A DNA stretch of 60,318 nucleotides, counting the filler. It is 3 parts of 3 records of this genome, joined end to end, with 100 filler letters (N's around TTAATTAATTAA, not from the genome) between each part and the next. Parts side by side here need not be neighbours in the genome. Positions count along the whole stretch, not along the records: positions 1 to 28,936 come from SRR31156797_3462; 2 more parts are not named here. The stretch is one strand, 5' to 3'. Positions 1-9,405 of this stretch are shown here, in pieces. The translations under genes and the position numbers were made by a program. A model generated the notes under the pieces. That model was not told the origin of the DNA. It was given only the letters and a program-made list of their open reading frames with translations, and made no database searches. Position 1 is the stretch's first letter. Each line of letters opens with the position of its first letter.

Positions 1-24
1 TTAAACTGGTTTGACAAAAAACAA

Positions 25-58
25 AAAAGCCTGTAAACCATACAATTTACAAGCTTTT
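25..58 (-). terminator. Hairpin with T-tail on the minus strand, downstream of the tRNA remnant
   Basis: AAAAGCCTGTAAA...TTTACAAGCTTTT imperfect inverted repeat; the A-rich run at its left edge is a U-tail on the minus strand. Confidence 0.55.
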
Positions 59-80
59 GATATTTTAATAATCCATATAT

Positions 81-95
81 GTCGGGATGACAGGA
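81..95 (-). repeat. Putative att core: duplicated 3' end of a tRNA-Pro
   Basis: Minus strand reads TCCTGTCATCCCGAC, as in the T-arm/acceptor end of bacterial tRNA-Pro (GGTTCGAATCCTGTCATCCCGAC); the match stops at 95. Confidence 0.65.
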
Positions 96-241
96 AACCC
101 CATCATCTTATAACGATTTGAAATATTGAGGATTATATTTTGTCTATCTTGTTTACTTTGAATTTTCTGTTTACCGGGTGTCTACTTTTTAAGTAATTAC
201 AACTGGTACCACACTATTTGTAGTTATCAATAATAACTGCA

Positions 242-454
242 TCAGTTAATCTCATCAATCAGGCTAATACATATTACCTCTTTATCGTCTCTGTCTACTT
301 TTAAAATTCTAATTCTATCCTTTATTACCAATTCGCCTTCTATTTCATCATGTAAATTCAATTCATCATTTGCCTTTCCAAATAGCGGAGCTTGAAATCT
401 ATATGAATCTCCTGGTTTGTCTTTCGTCACTATATATAAATAGTATCCTATCAT
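242..454 (-). CDS. Hypothetical protein co-transcribed with the repressor
   Basis: 70-aa ORF overlapping the repressor stop by 4 nt. Confidence 0.6.
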   Translation of the reverse strand: MIGYYLYIVTKDKPGDSYRFQAPLFGKANDELNLHDEIEGELVIKDRIRILKVDRDDKEVICISLIDEIN

Positions 455-786
455 TTTAAGCTTCGTTTTAATAGTTCCTGATATTCCTTCTCTGTCAATT
501 CAACCTCTAGCATTACTTTTCTATTGGGAGGAGCCGTTGTCTTCTTTTCGTACTTTACTTCAGGTTCTTTAATCTCAGAAATCTTTTCCTGCAATTCTTT
601 ACTGTAGTGTCCAAAAAAGTCATACTCTAACTTCTTAGAGAAAATGTATAATAGATCCGTATCAATACTCTTTCGTTTAAAGATATTGTACAAGTTGGAC
701 CTGTTCATTCCAACGCTTTCAGCAAATCGACTAACGTTAAGTTCTTTGCTTGTAATTACTTGCTCTATAATATTTCCAATATGCAT
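451..786 (-). CDS. CI-like XRE-family HTH repressor (likely start ATG 786)
   Basis: MHIGNIIEQVITSKELNVSRFAESVGMNRSNLYNIFKRKSIDTDLL HTH; divergent from the lytic operon. Confidence 0.85.
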   Translation of the reverse strand: MHIGNIIEQVITSKELNVSRFAESVGMNRSNLYNIFKRKSIDTDLLYIFSKKLEYDFFGHYSKELQEKISEIKEPEVKYEKKTTAPPNRKVMLEVELTEKEYQELLKRSLK

Positions 787-849
787 AACACAAATTTCAA
801 ATATTTTCTTATTGCGATTATGAATTTTGTGTATCATATTATTGAACAG

Positions 850-1016
850 AAGTGTCTAAAATATTTATAATTACATATTGCTATTTGTCAATTAGTTACG
901 ATTTTATTAAAAAATAAGTGTCCTATAAATTAGGACTTAAATAAAATGTATAGTATAATTGTACAACAATTCGGCAACAATTTAGCCACATTTTAACAAC
1001 TAGTAAAGTCCTAAAA
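850..1016. promoter_or_regulatory. Immunity region with operator-like AAGT(G)TCCTA half-sites
   Basis: AAGTGTCTAAA (850), near-palindrome AAGTGTCCTA-TAAAT-TAGGACTT (916-938), AAAGTCCTAAAA (1005-1016). Confidence 0.5.
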
Positions 1017-1232
1017 ATGATTACAACAAAAGAGCGTAAAAAGCTTCAAAATATATTTAGAGACAGAGCCTTAAAAAAAGAATTGATTGAAAGAAGCCCT
1101 TGCGGTAGAACCAACGTTAACTACGTACTGGCAGGACGTCATAAAAATCAGACAGTAATTAAGTTGGCTTATGAAATTATACAGGAGAAAAAAAACGAAC
1201 AGGAACAACTAAAAAAAATAATCAATGAATAA
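1017..1232 (+). CDS. Cro-like small DNA-binding protein
   Basis: Small basic ORF, first gene divergent from the repressor; HTH-like segment GRTNVNYVLAG. Confidence 0.6.
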   Translation: MITTKERKKLQNIFRDRALKKELIERSPCGRTNVNYVLAGRHKNQTVIKLAYEIIQEKKNEQEQLKKIINE

Positions 1233-1797
1233 TCCTAAACTTCCAGCTGGTCTTGAGAATAAGTCGGTAGAAATATATGTATATAACGATGAGCTTAAGG
1301 CCACATATAGAGGCAACGTAATTCCTTTTGTTGAGCTACCTGAAAATTTAAGAGAAGTTTTCGAAGTTGAATTAATTAAAGATAAAGTGGCTTTTAAAGC
1401 CATAGAGAATGTATTCAACTTATACGAAAGCGATGAAGTACTGGAGCAATATGTTAAGTGCCGATATGGAGGTTTTGACTTTACTCCAGATATTGAATAT
1501 GGAAAGCTTACAACAAATCCTGAGTATTGGGATTGTGGTAGAAGAGGTAAGTGTTTAGCTGAAGGAAAGGTGTGTAAATTACCTGAAGGACAAAACGGCC
1601 AACTAACTCCACGCGAAACAGAGCTTGTTAAATATGTAGCTCAAGGACTTCCAGATAAGCTTATAGCTGATAAAATGAAAATAGCCTTGTCTTCTGTCGT
1701 TACCTATCAAAAACGAGTACGAAACAAATTAGGCGTTCATACACGTGTTGATATTATGAAATTCGCAATGAACCAAGGGTTAATTCAGAACTCATGA
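1225..1797 (+). CDS. LuxR-type C-terminal HTH regulator with a Cys-rich middle region
   Basis: LTPRETELVKYVAQGLPDKLIADKMKIA...VRNKLGVHTRVDIMKFA is a LuxR HTH. Confidence 0.85.
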   Translation: MNNPKLPAGLENKSVEIYVYNDELKATYRGNVIPFVELPENLREVFEVELIKDKVAFKAIENVFNLYESDEVLEQYVKCRYGGFDFTPDIEYGKLTTNPEYWDCGRRGKCLAEGKVCKLPEGQNGQLTPRETELVKYVAQGLPDKLIADKMKIALSSVVTYQKRVRNKLGVHTRVDIMKFAMNQGLIQNS

Positions 1798-1871
1798 AAC
1801 CAACTATAAAGTTTTTAATCAAACTGGCTTTATCATTATTAATAGGTTCCATCCTATTACTCTTTATCTAG
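1794..1871 (+). CDS. 25-aa hydrophobic peptide (not in ORF track)
   Basis: ATGA overlap with upstream stop; MKPTIKFLIKLALSLLIGSILLLFI. Confidence 0.5.
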   Translation: MKPTIKFLIKLALSLLIGSILLLFI

Positions 1872-1960
1872 TCAGTGAAATATAGAATTTCGTTCCCCAA
1901 CGTCATTTTTTATAATTTTTAAACGGAGCTATTCCCCAACGCTCATTAAACATTTTCGTT

Positions 1961-2284
1961 ATGAACAGTAATAATTCAGTGCCTTATCATAAGGCCGGAC
2001 GTGAATACGTCGAAAAACTAATTAGAATGCACAAGGCATTAATCCAGAAAGGAGAAAACACCTCCTCACTTGCGCCAGGTATTGTCGATCAACTCAGTAA
2101 TCTATTATCCTTTTGGAAATATGATTCTGCAGAAAAAATGGCCAGTTTTATCTATCGCCATGCGGCTGAAATCATGTACCTGATTCCCGGATCAGGAAGT
2201 AATGCGCATCAATCGCTTATGGATGAGTTTTCTCAATTGCACGAAATGTCGGAACAAATTATGAATCATGAGCCTGTATGCTGA
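1961..2284 (+). CDS. Phage early hypothetical protein
   Basis: 107-aa ORF in the coupled + strand early operon. Confidence 0.7.
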   Translation: MNSNNSVPYHKAGREYVEKLIRMHKALIQKGENTSSLAPGIVDQLSNLLSFWKYDSAEKMASFIYRHAAEIMYLIPGSGSNAHQSLMDEFSQLHEMSEQIMNHEPVC

Positions 2285-2462
2285 TCAATCCGGGCATGAG
2301 TTCAGTCTCCTCTGCCTCGATAAAAAAGACATGGAGGTAATTCGCGATTCTATTCGCATTACTTACCGACAAATTAAACCTGCAGATCCCAAGGCAAAGC
2401 CTTTGAAAGAAAGATTACAAACCATATACCGAGCAATAGATGAAAGCCTACAACAAGGATAG
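2268..2462 (+). CDS. Phage early hypothetical protein
   Basis: Overlapping start/stop with neighbours. Confidence 0.65.
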   Translation: MSLYADQSGHEFSLLCLDKKDMEVIRDSIRITYRQIKPADPKAKPLKERLQTIYRAIDESLQQG

Positions 2463-2628
2463 AGAACGCAAGCGCCGGAGAAAAGCCGTTAAAGAGCAAT
2501 TCCCAGAACTGCAAAGAACCGTTACCGATACTTTGCCGAAACAAGTAGTACACATTGATAACAAAACCGTGGTATTAGCGCCCGAAGCTGCCTCCACATT
2601 ACAAATCAGAAGTCGTTATGAGCAATAA
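2440..2628 (+). CDS. Phage early hypothetical protein (basic)
   Basis: Overlapping start/stop with neighbours. Confidence 0.6.
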   Translation: MKAYNKDRERKRRRKAVKEQFPELQRTVTDTLPKQVVHIDNKTVVLAPEAASTLQIRSRYEQ

Positions 2629-2854
2629 AATTAAAATGACCGTTGAAGGTACAAGGGATGATCTAATCAATTTAATAGATTTTTTTCCATTGGATGCTGT
2701 TTTAGAAGTAAAGAACCTGAACCCCGAAAACCGCTTTATGCAGGTTAGAGAACTTATGTTAGATGCCGATTGGTTCGAAGAAAACTTTAAAACCAAACCA
2801 AGATGCTCACCATCAAACACCGGGAGCCTAAGCAAACAGGCTTCTTCCCAATAG
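2618..2854 (+). CDS. Phage early hypothetical protein
   Basis: Operon context. Confidence 0.6.
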   Translation: MSNKIKMTVEGTRDDLINLIDFFPLDAVLEVKNLNPENRFMQVRELMLDADWFEENFKTKPRCSPSNTGSLSKQASSQ

Positions 2855-3132
2855 TTTATCCACATACCGGCGAACCTTTATATCATAAGGTTTCCATACA
2901 GGATAAAGAGCTAAAGCAGCTGAAGCTCCAGGACCCGGACACCGGAATAGAAACCACTTACGATATTCACGATGTTTGGGTGCTGGACAGTTTCGAAGGC
3001 TTTTTAGGAGAAGCCTTTTCAAAGCTTACTTATGGCATTAGCAGCGAAAAGCTAATGAACTATTTGCTTGAAAAATATCCCCATTGGGATGGAAAAAAAG
3101 TTGAATTCATTTTAATAAAAAAACATGTGTGA
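2803..3132 (+). CDS. Phage early hypothetical protein
   Basis: Operon context, 109 aa. Confidence 0.65.
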   Translation: MLTIKHREPKQTGFFPIVYPHTGEPLYHKVSIQDKELKQLKLQDPDTGIETTYDIHDVWVLDSFEGFLGEAFSKLTYGISSEKLMNYLLEKYPHWDGKKVEFILIKKHV

Positions 3133-3478
3133 ATTAAATACAATAGATCAACAAAGCCCTGATTTAACTCACGAGGCTATGACATCGAGATACGAAGCCA
3201 TTCAATTTGTACATAAAGAACGAGGTTCTTTTATTGCCGAAACACACCATTATGTTTCTCCTAATGAACCATTGCCTTTTTATGTAACTGAAAAAACAGT
3301 ACCTCATTTGTTTTTTAGACCCTTATCACGTACCGAACGCAGACACATTCAGGATTTTAAAAACAAGTTTGCCCAGGAGCATGCGAATAAGCTTACTGAA
3401 ATGCTGGATAAGTTCAACGAAATGGAAGTACTGGAGGAAGTGTCTGAAGAATTAGCCAAAGGGAGGGTTTTACGATGA
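3125..3478 (+). CDS. Phage early hypothetical protein
   Basis: Operon context, 117 aa. Confidence 0.65.
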   Translation: MCELNTIDQQSPDLTHEAMTSRYEAIQFVHKERGSFIAETHHYVSPNEPLPFYVTEKTVPHLFFRPLSRTERRHIQDFKNKFAQEHANKLTEMLDKFNEMEVLEEVSEELAKGRVLR

Positions 3479-4218
3479 AAAGCTTCTGGACAAAAGAAGA
3501 TGAGCAATACCTGCAGGCGCACTATAAAAATGGTGTTCCTGCAGAAATAGCCAGGCATTTAAATAAAAGTCTAAATAGCATTTACAACAGGGCTGCACAG
3601 CTTGGCTTGCAAAAGTTTAGATACTACAGTGCTTCTGAATCTCAGTATGTAAAGGATAATTTTGAGACTTTAAGCTACACCGAAATAGCCGAAAAGCTTG
3701 GTCGTTCATACGATTCTGTACGTAGGCACTGTAAGGATATTTTAAAACTAAAACGCACTCCGGAGCAATCTAAAGCTATTATGCACAGGTGTTCTGCAAA
3801 AACACAGTATCAAAAAGGCAACTTACCTCATAATAGCAAGCACGATGGTTGTATTAGTGTTCGTCAAACAACCAATAATCCACCATATAAGTACATTCGC
3901 ACCGCTTTGGGCGAATGGGAGCTGCTGCATAGAGTTAATTACCAGGAAAAATATGGCCCTATTGCAGACAATATTAATCTGAGGTGTATCGATGGAGATA
4001 CATTAAACTGCGATCCTGACAACTGGCGCCCGGTTTCTAAATCCAAAAATCTTGATTTAAACTCCGGGCGTGAAGAGCTGACCGATAAATACGTGCTGTT
4101 TACCTTATCTCCTAATGATAAAAAGGTACGTGATCATCTTGCTGATTATCCTGAGATAATAGCATTAAAACGCAATCAATTACAATTAAAACGAGCAGTA
4201 AATGAGCATAGCAATTAG
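3475..4218 (+). CDS. HNH-like protein with N-terminal Myb/HTH-like repeats
   Basis: WTKEDEQYL...IARHLNKSLNSIYNRA repeats; LLHRVNYQEKYGPI...IDGDTLNCDPDNW is HNH_3-like and degenerate. Confidence 0.75.
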   Translation: MKSFWTKEDEQYLQAHYKNGVPAEIARHLNKSLNSIYNRAAQLGLQKFRYYSASESQYVKDNFETLSYTEIAEKLGRSYDSVRRHCKDILKLKRTPEQSKAIMHRCSAKTQYQKGNLPHNSKHDGCISVRQTTNNPPYKYIRTALGEWELLHRVNYQEKYGPIADNINLRCIDGDTLNCDPDNWRPVSKSKNLDLNSGREELTDKYVLFTLSPNDKKVRDHLADYPEIIALKRNQLQLKRAVNEHSN

Positions 4219-4621
4219 ATTACAACAGGTAGTTGATTCTCATCAGGAGTACATCTACAGAAGCCAGCGCTTTAAACTGGTAAAATGGGAAAATACTGCA
4301 GGCGATTTTGTTTTGAGTGCCATAATTAATGGAGAACCCAAAATAATAGTAAAGGAAAACGCCGAAAAGGTAGCACTGTTTTTAGATGGACTAAAGCCTA
4401 TTGAAACCGTAAGTGAAATTCAATCGCCGGCCATGGCCATGTATAATGAAAACAAAGAGGTGTTTGATCAGCTCCGCAATCAGCTGCTGGATGATATAGA
4501 TAAGGTGAAAAAAGATAAATCGTATGTAAGCCAGGCAAAGCAGGTTTCTAACTCAATTAATAGCTTGATAAACCTTACCAAGCTACAAATACAAATGATT
4601 AACGCAGGAAAGGATAATTAA
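4202..4621 (+). CDS. Phage hypothetical protein
   Basis: Coupled to the HNH gene; C-terminal QAKQVSNSINSLINLTKLQI. Confidence 0.7.
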   Translation: MSIAIRLQQVVDSHQEYIYRSQRFKLVKWENTAGDFVLSAIINGEPKIIVKENAEKVALFLDGLKPIETVSEIQSPAMAMYNENKEVFDQLRNQLLDDIDKVKKDKSYVSQAKQVSNSINSLINLTKLQIQMINAGKDN

Positions 4622-4623
4622 AT

Positions 4624-5274
4624 ATGAAAGGCATACTATTTAAATCCGACTTAATAGCTGCAATTGACAGCGGCCAAAAAACACAAACCCGAAGAGTTAT
4701 ACCAGGTATTGGGAAAGTTTCTGATGAAGATATGGAGGATTCACAGATACAGCACTTTCTAATTGCCACTCAGGCTGAATATGAAAGAGGCGAGGTTATC
4801 TACATCAAAGAAGGTTTTCGCTTTGATGCTGAGTTTGATGAGTTGCCACCTTCCAAGGTTAAAACTTCACCTATTGAGTTTAAATCCGGAGGTACAGTAA
4901 ACTGTATTGGTGATACATTGGGCGATCCAGGCAAATGGCGTTCTAAATTGCACTTGCCGGCTTCTTTTGCCCGTAAGTTTATAAAAATCACGAATGTGAG
5001 GATTGAAAAGCTAAATAATGTATCAGAAGATGATTGTGAAAAAGAAGGTGTACAAATGATTTTCTCTCGATTCCCTGCGTATCGAGATTATTTAAACCGA
5101 AAATCTAAGAATCAATTCGGAGGATTCTCATATTGGGTTTTTTCAAAAGCCTATGATTCATTTCAAACTCTTTGGATTTCACTTTATGGAGAAAAATCAT
5201 GGGATAGTAACCCCTGGGTATTTGCTTACACATTTGTTAAATGCGATAAAGATGGAAAGGAGTTGCAATCATGA
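4624..5274 (+). CDS. ASCH/PUA-like phage protein
   Basis: MKGILFKSDLIAAIDSGQKTQTRR ... ITNVRIEKL ... SWDSNPWVFAYTF. Confidence 0.75.
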   Translation: MKGILFKSDLIAAIDSGQKTQTRRVIPGIGKVSDEDMEDSQIQHFLIATQAEYERGEVIYIKEGFRFDAEFDELPPSKVKTSPIEFKSGGTVNCIGDTLGDPGKWRSKLHLPASFARKFIKITNVRIEKLNNVSEDDCEKEGVQMIFSRFPAYRDYLNRKSKNQFGGFSYWVFSKAYDSFQTLWISLYGEKSWDSNPWVFAYTFVKCDKDGKELQS

Positions 5275-5714
5275 AGGTTGAATTAGTTCCTACAGTAACC
5301 ATTAAAGGTTACAGAAAGTTATCTGGTATTAGTCACTTACGGATTAAAGCAGTTGCCAGGAATATAAATACAAGCCTTAGTAATCGTGCTATTGAAATTA
5401 TCAGGAAGCGTAATGGCCATCATAGATGTGAATATAGACTAATAAAGGAACCTAAAGGTTTTATTTTTAGGGAAACATTGGCTGATTCAGGAATAAGTGG
5501 GCATCATAAAACCATTAAGTCTGCTATAATATCAGCTTTAAAGTTTGTGACAATACACATAGATGAAGATTTTAATTATTCAGAGTTTTCAGAGTTTAAG
5601 ACAGTAGAAGAAGACCATAGGATTCGCAATGAAGGTACGTGCAATCATTCACTACTAAATTCTGCAAAGTACTGTTTAAACTGCGGATTGCGCATCGAAA
5701 ATATTAAATCGTAA
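5271..5714 (+). CDS. Hypothetical protein with C-terminal Zn-ribbon-like motif
   Basis: CNH...YCLNCG. Confidence 0.6.
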   Translation: MKVELVPTVTIKGYRKLSGISHLRIKAVARNINTSLSNRAIEIIRKRNGHHRCEYRLIKEPKGFIFRETLADSGISGHHKTIKSAIISALKFVTIHIDEDFNYSEFSEFKTVEEDHRIRNEGTCNHSLLNSAKYCLNCGLRIENIKS

Positions 5715-5734
5715 ATCATCACACTTCCCTCAAA

Positions 5735-8713
5735 ATGAGCAAATATATCGATCAAACAGAAATACTAAGAGAAACCAACAACGGGCTTGATGTATTTCAG
5801 TACTATTTTCACGACGTGGACTTTTACAATCCACGTCATAAATTTAAAATACGGAGCGACGAAAAAACAGCTTCGGCCAACTGTAAGCTATTAGGCGGTC
5901 AGTGGCGCATTACCGACTTTGGTAATCAAAACGAAATATCCGGCATGAGCTGTATCGATTGGGTTAAATATCACGAAGGCCTGCAGTATATCGATGCGCT
6001 TAAGTTTATCATGAACGTGATCATTAAAAAGGATATCTCCGGAGGCGATTATCAAAAGCCACAATACCAGGCCGATTATTCCTGGCGCGAAGTGGGACCC
6101 GATGATCATAAAGGAAAGCCAAAGTTTATTTTTAAAGATGAACCTTTAGATAGCGATCTGGAAGCCATTGGCCGTTATGTTACCATTGAACACCTGCAGA
6201 TGTTGCACGGTAAGGTAGTTGAAAGCTACGAAGAAGTAGGCTTTGGTAAAAAGCAGGGTAAAGACATTGTGCATCAATGGAAATCAACGCCCGATTATCC
6301 TATTTTCCTATTCGATTATGGCGATTTTCAAAAGCTGTATAAACCGCACGAGCTCGACAAAAAATACCGCTTCCGTTATTTTGGCGAAAAACCCAAAGAT
6401 TATATCTATGGCTTAGATATTCTGGAAGATATGTCGCAGGGCGAAAGCGAGTTTCTGGACGAAGAAAAGAAAGATTATATACCGCCTGAAGGTAAACCAA
6501 ATGCCAAAGTCAAAAACCTTTTTCGTGTGTCTGGAGAAAGCGATGCTTTAAATATGATTAGCCTGGGTTTTCATGTTTATTTTCTGAATTCTGAAAGTGC
6601 CGGTTTTGATAAAGCTTCGTACAATAAGGTTGATCAGTACTGCGAAAAGCACTTTCAAATTATGGATTTAGATGCCACCGGCTTCGATTGTGCCCGTACC
6701 AATGCCTTAAAGCATATGAATCTGTTTACCCTGCAGCTGCCTTCCTGGTTAACCAAAAAGAAAGACTGGCGCGGTAATGCCTGTAAGGATATGAAAGATT
6801 TTATAAACCTTGCCGGCAAAGATGAAGATGGCACCCGTAGCGAAATTACCAAGCTGCAGTTAAAGGCCAAACCCATGAAGTTTTGGGAAAAAACCGTGGA
6901 AGAAGTAAAAGGTAAGAAAAAGGTGAATTACAATATCAACCTGGAGTATTACTACTTTTTTATGAAAATGCATGGCTTTTACTGCATGAACAGTAAGTAC
7001 CATAAAAAGGCCGGATATTGTTATGCTCGTGTAGAAGGAAAGCAAGTCACCCTTATTCATCCAGATGACATTAAACGAATTGCCAAAACCTTTACCAAGG
7101 ATTGGATTCGTTCCAGGAACCTGATAGATGAAATTGCGATTCTGAATAAGATTAACTCCAGTAATCAGATTAGCGAAAATAACCTGCAGGAATTGGAATA
7201 CATCGAACCTAATTTTGATAATTATGCCAAGGATTACGATACGATGGTATTTCCAAATGGAGCTTTAAAGATTACAAAGGATGAAATTAAGCGCGTTAAA
7301 CATGCCGAGCTGGACAATTACATCCTGGGCGAATTATCGGTGAATAACGAAAAGATTTCGCATGTAATTCCGCATAACATTCGTGCCTTAAAAGAATCGC
7401 CTATTACGGTAGATCCGTCTCCGGAGTATAAGAAGCTCCTCGATGAACTATCTGCAGAAAAAGATCCTGACAAAATTGCTGTAATTAACCAGCAGATTAA
7501 CGACATGGAAGAATGGAAAAGATATGATGTAAAAATCAATGACAAGGACTTTATTTTTGCTCGGTTTTTACATGATTTAAGTCGGATTTATTGGCGTAAA
7601 ACTGACGAAAAAAAAGAGGAACTAAGCGCCAAGGAAAAGGGAGAAGAAAATCAATCATTGGCCAATCTGATGTTCTTTATTGGCTTTGAGTGTTTTCAGT
7701 ATAAAGATCCGGGGAAACCGTGGATGGGATTTCTACAGGATTTAAAAATTTCAGCTATAGGAAAAAGTTCTGGACGTTCTGGTAAATCTTTATTGAGTAC
7801 TGTTATAAAAATGGTACGTCCAACGTTCTATGTTGGAGCGAGAAAGAAAGATGCTATTGAAGATCAATTTGTATATGATGGATACACCCGTTTTCATAAC
7901 AATATTGAGGTAGATGATTTAAACGAATATCAGGGCATTGATACTTTGTACACCGAAATTACGGGTCCACGTAGGGTTAATAATAAACACCTTTCTCCGG
8001 AAACTTTACAGTACGAAAAAAGTGGTAAGATGTTCGTGAGCACAAACTTTGAATTACCCAATACAGATGCTTCGACTTTGGCTCGTTTATTATTTGTTGG
8101 GGTGTGCGATTATTATCACGAAAAGACCAAATACAATGATTATATACAGACTCGTAGTCCTTTGAGTAAGTTTAATCGTCGATTATTTGATGAATTTACA
8201 GAAGAAGAATGGGTCAAGTTTTATAATCTGGTAGCTTATTGTATTCAAATGGCCATGCGCTTTCCAGATAAAATTAACCCTCCAATGGAGAACCTGGAGA
8301 AACGACAATTGCGCCGTGCTATGATTAAAGGAGTTACCAAAGATGAAGAGTTCTTTGTTTGGGCAAACAACTATTACATAGCCATGCCTCCAACGGTTCA
8401 GAAGCCTGAACAATCACCCGAGGAACATGGATATTTTGATACGCCGATTGTTAAAGAATGGGCTTTCGATAATTTTAAGAAAACCTTAAGCGACACTCAC
8501 CAGCGTAAGTACACCGCACAGCAATTTAAAAAGGCTACCATAGCCTGGTGCGAATACTACGGATACGAGTTTAACCCTGCAGCTATATGTAATATTAAAA
8601 ACATCAGAAAGTTTACAAAAAACATTGAAGGGAAAACACAGGAATGCTTTTACATAGGCACTAAACCTATCGAGGAGCTTACTCCAGAAGAAAAAGATAA
8701 AATGCCATTTTAA
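5735..8713 (+). CDS. Phage primase-helicase (Toprim plus P-loop NTPase)
   Basis: RSDEKTASA N-terminus, SGESDAL and MDLDATG Toprim motifs, KDMKDF, Walker A GRSGKS, STNF. Confidence 0.88.
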   Translation: MSKYIDQTEILRETNNGLDVFQYYFHDVDFYNPRHKFKIRSDEKTASANCKLLGGQWRITDFGNQNEISGMSCIDWVKYHEGLQYIDALKFIMNVIIKKDISGGDYQKPQYQADYSWREVGPDDHKGKPKFIFKDEPLDSDLEAIGRYVTIEHLQMLHGKVVESYEEVGFGKKQGKDIVHQWKSTPDYPIFLFDYGDFQKLYKPHELDKKYRFRYFGEKPKDYIYGLDILEDMSQGESEFLDEEKKDYIPPEGKPNAKVKNLFRVSGESDALNMISLGFHVYFLNSESAGFDKASYNKVDQYCEKHFQIMDLDATGFDCARTNALKHMNLFTLQLPSWLTKKKDWRGNACKDMKDFINLAGKDEDGTRSEITKLQLKAKPMKFWEKTVEEVKGKKKVNYNINLEYYYFFMKMHGFYCMNSKYHKKAGYCYARVEGKQVTLIHPDDIKRIAKTFTKDWIRSRNLIDEIAILNKINSSNQISENNLQELEYIEPNFDNYAKDYDTMVFPNGALKITKDEIKRVKHAELDNYILGELSVNNEKISHVIPHNIRALKESPITVDPSPEYKKLLDELSAEKDPDKIAVINQQINDMEEWKRYDVKINDKDFIFARFLHDLSRIYWRKTDEKKEELSAKEKGEENQSLANLMFFIGFECFQYKDPGKPWMGFLQDLKISAIGKSSGRSGKSLLSTVIKMVRPTFYVGARKKDAIEDQFVYDGYTRFHNNIEVDDLNEYQGIDTLYTEITGPRRVNNKHLSPETLQYEKSGKMFVSTNFELPNTDASTLARLLFVGVCDYYHEKTKYNDYIQTRSPLSKFNRRLFDEFTEEEWVKFYNLVAYCIQMAMRFPDKINPPMENLEKRQLRRAMIKGVTKDEEFFVWANNYYIAMPPTVQKPEQSPEEHGYFDTPIVKEWAFDNFKKTLSDTHQRKYTAQQFKKATIAWCEYYGYEFNPAAICNIKNIRKFTKNIEGKTQECFYIGTKPIEELTPEEKDKMPF

Positions 8714-8725
8714 ACTACAATTGCA

Positions 8726-8974
8726 ATGCTTTTAGATTTAGACATTCAGATTAAGGTTACAAATGACGGCAAAAACAACAATGCCGTTTTAACCGTGAAT
8801 AAAAACGAGAAACTACAACATGTAACCACTGCATTAGAACTGGTAAAAGAAAATTTAGCCACTTCGATAAACAATTTTCTGGAAAATAAAATAGGAGGGA
8901 AAAAGGTTGATGAAAACTTTATAGTTGAAGAATTGGAAAAGTTAACATTCAAAGACCTAGTGGCTAACAGCTAA
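8726..8974 (+). CDS. Phage hypothetical protein
   Basis: Operon context. Confidence 0.6.
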   Translation: MLLDLDIQIKVTNDGKNNNAVLTVNKNEKLQHVTTALELVKENLATSINNFLENKIGGKKVDENFIVEELEKLTFKDLVANS

Positions 8975-8993
8975 TAACTAATAAACTATTAAA

Positions 8994-9302
8994 ATGAGAC
9001 ATTATGCACACATTACCGCCAACTATGTGGCTAAAAACAAAGCACACGAAGAAGCTTCGAAGTTGGCTTCTCAGTACAATAAAAAACTGATTAAATCAGA
9101 TGATGATTTAAAGAAACTAAAGCTGCAGTTAGAAGCCAGCATTGCCGATATTAATGCCAAACACCCACGAATAAAGCACAAAGTAAAGCTTGATATATTT
9201 AGAGGTTATCCAGGCTCAACAGCCACCTGGCATATTGGCGATTCTGTAATACTAAGTATTGAGCCGGTTGTTTGTGATTTAGAATTTGATATACATGAAT
9301 AA
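8994..9302 (+). CDS. Phage hypothetical protein
   Basis: Operon context, A-rich leader. Confidence 0.65.
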   Translation: MRHYAHITANYVAKNKAHEEASKLASQYNKKLIKSDDDLKKLKLQLEASIADINAKHPRIKHKVKLDIFRGYPGSTATWHIGDSVILSIEPVVCDLEFDIHE

Positions 9303-9405
9303 CCACGAACTATGGCACACATGCAAAGTATGTGGCCACGAATACGATTTAAGGGTAAACCAGGGCAAATGCCCAAAATGTAAAACGAGTTATGGCAGAA
9401 AATAA
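9295..9405 (+). CDS. 36-aa zinc-ribbon microprotein (not in ORF track)
   Basis: MNNHELWHTCKVCGHEYDLRVNQGKCPKCKTSYGRK; fills the gap and overlaps both neighbours. Confidence 0.65.
   Translation: MNNHELWHTCKVCGHEYDLRVNQGKCPKCKTSYGRK

Noticed and set aside
81-160. Possible full tRNA gene
   Set aside because: Only 15 nt match; no TTCGA loop, anticodon arm or D arm
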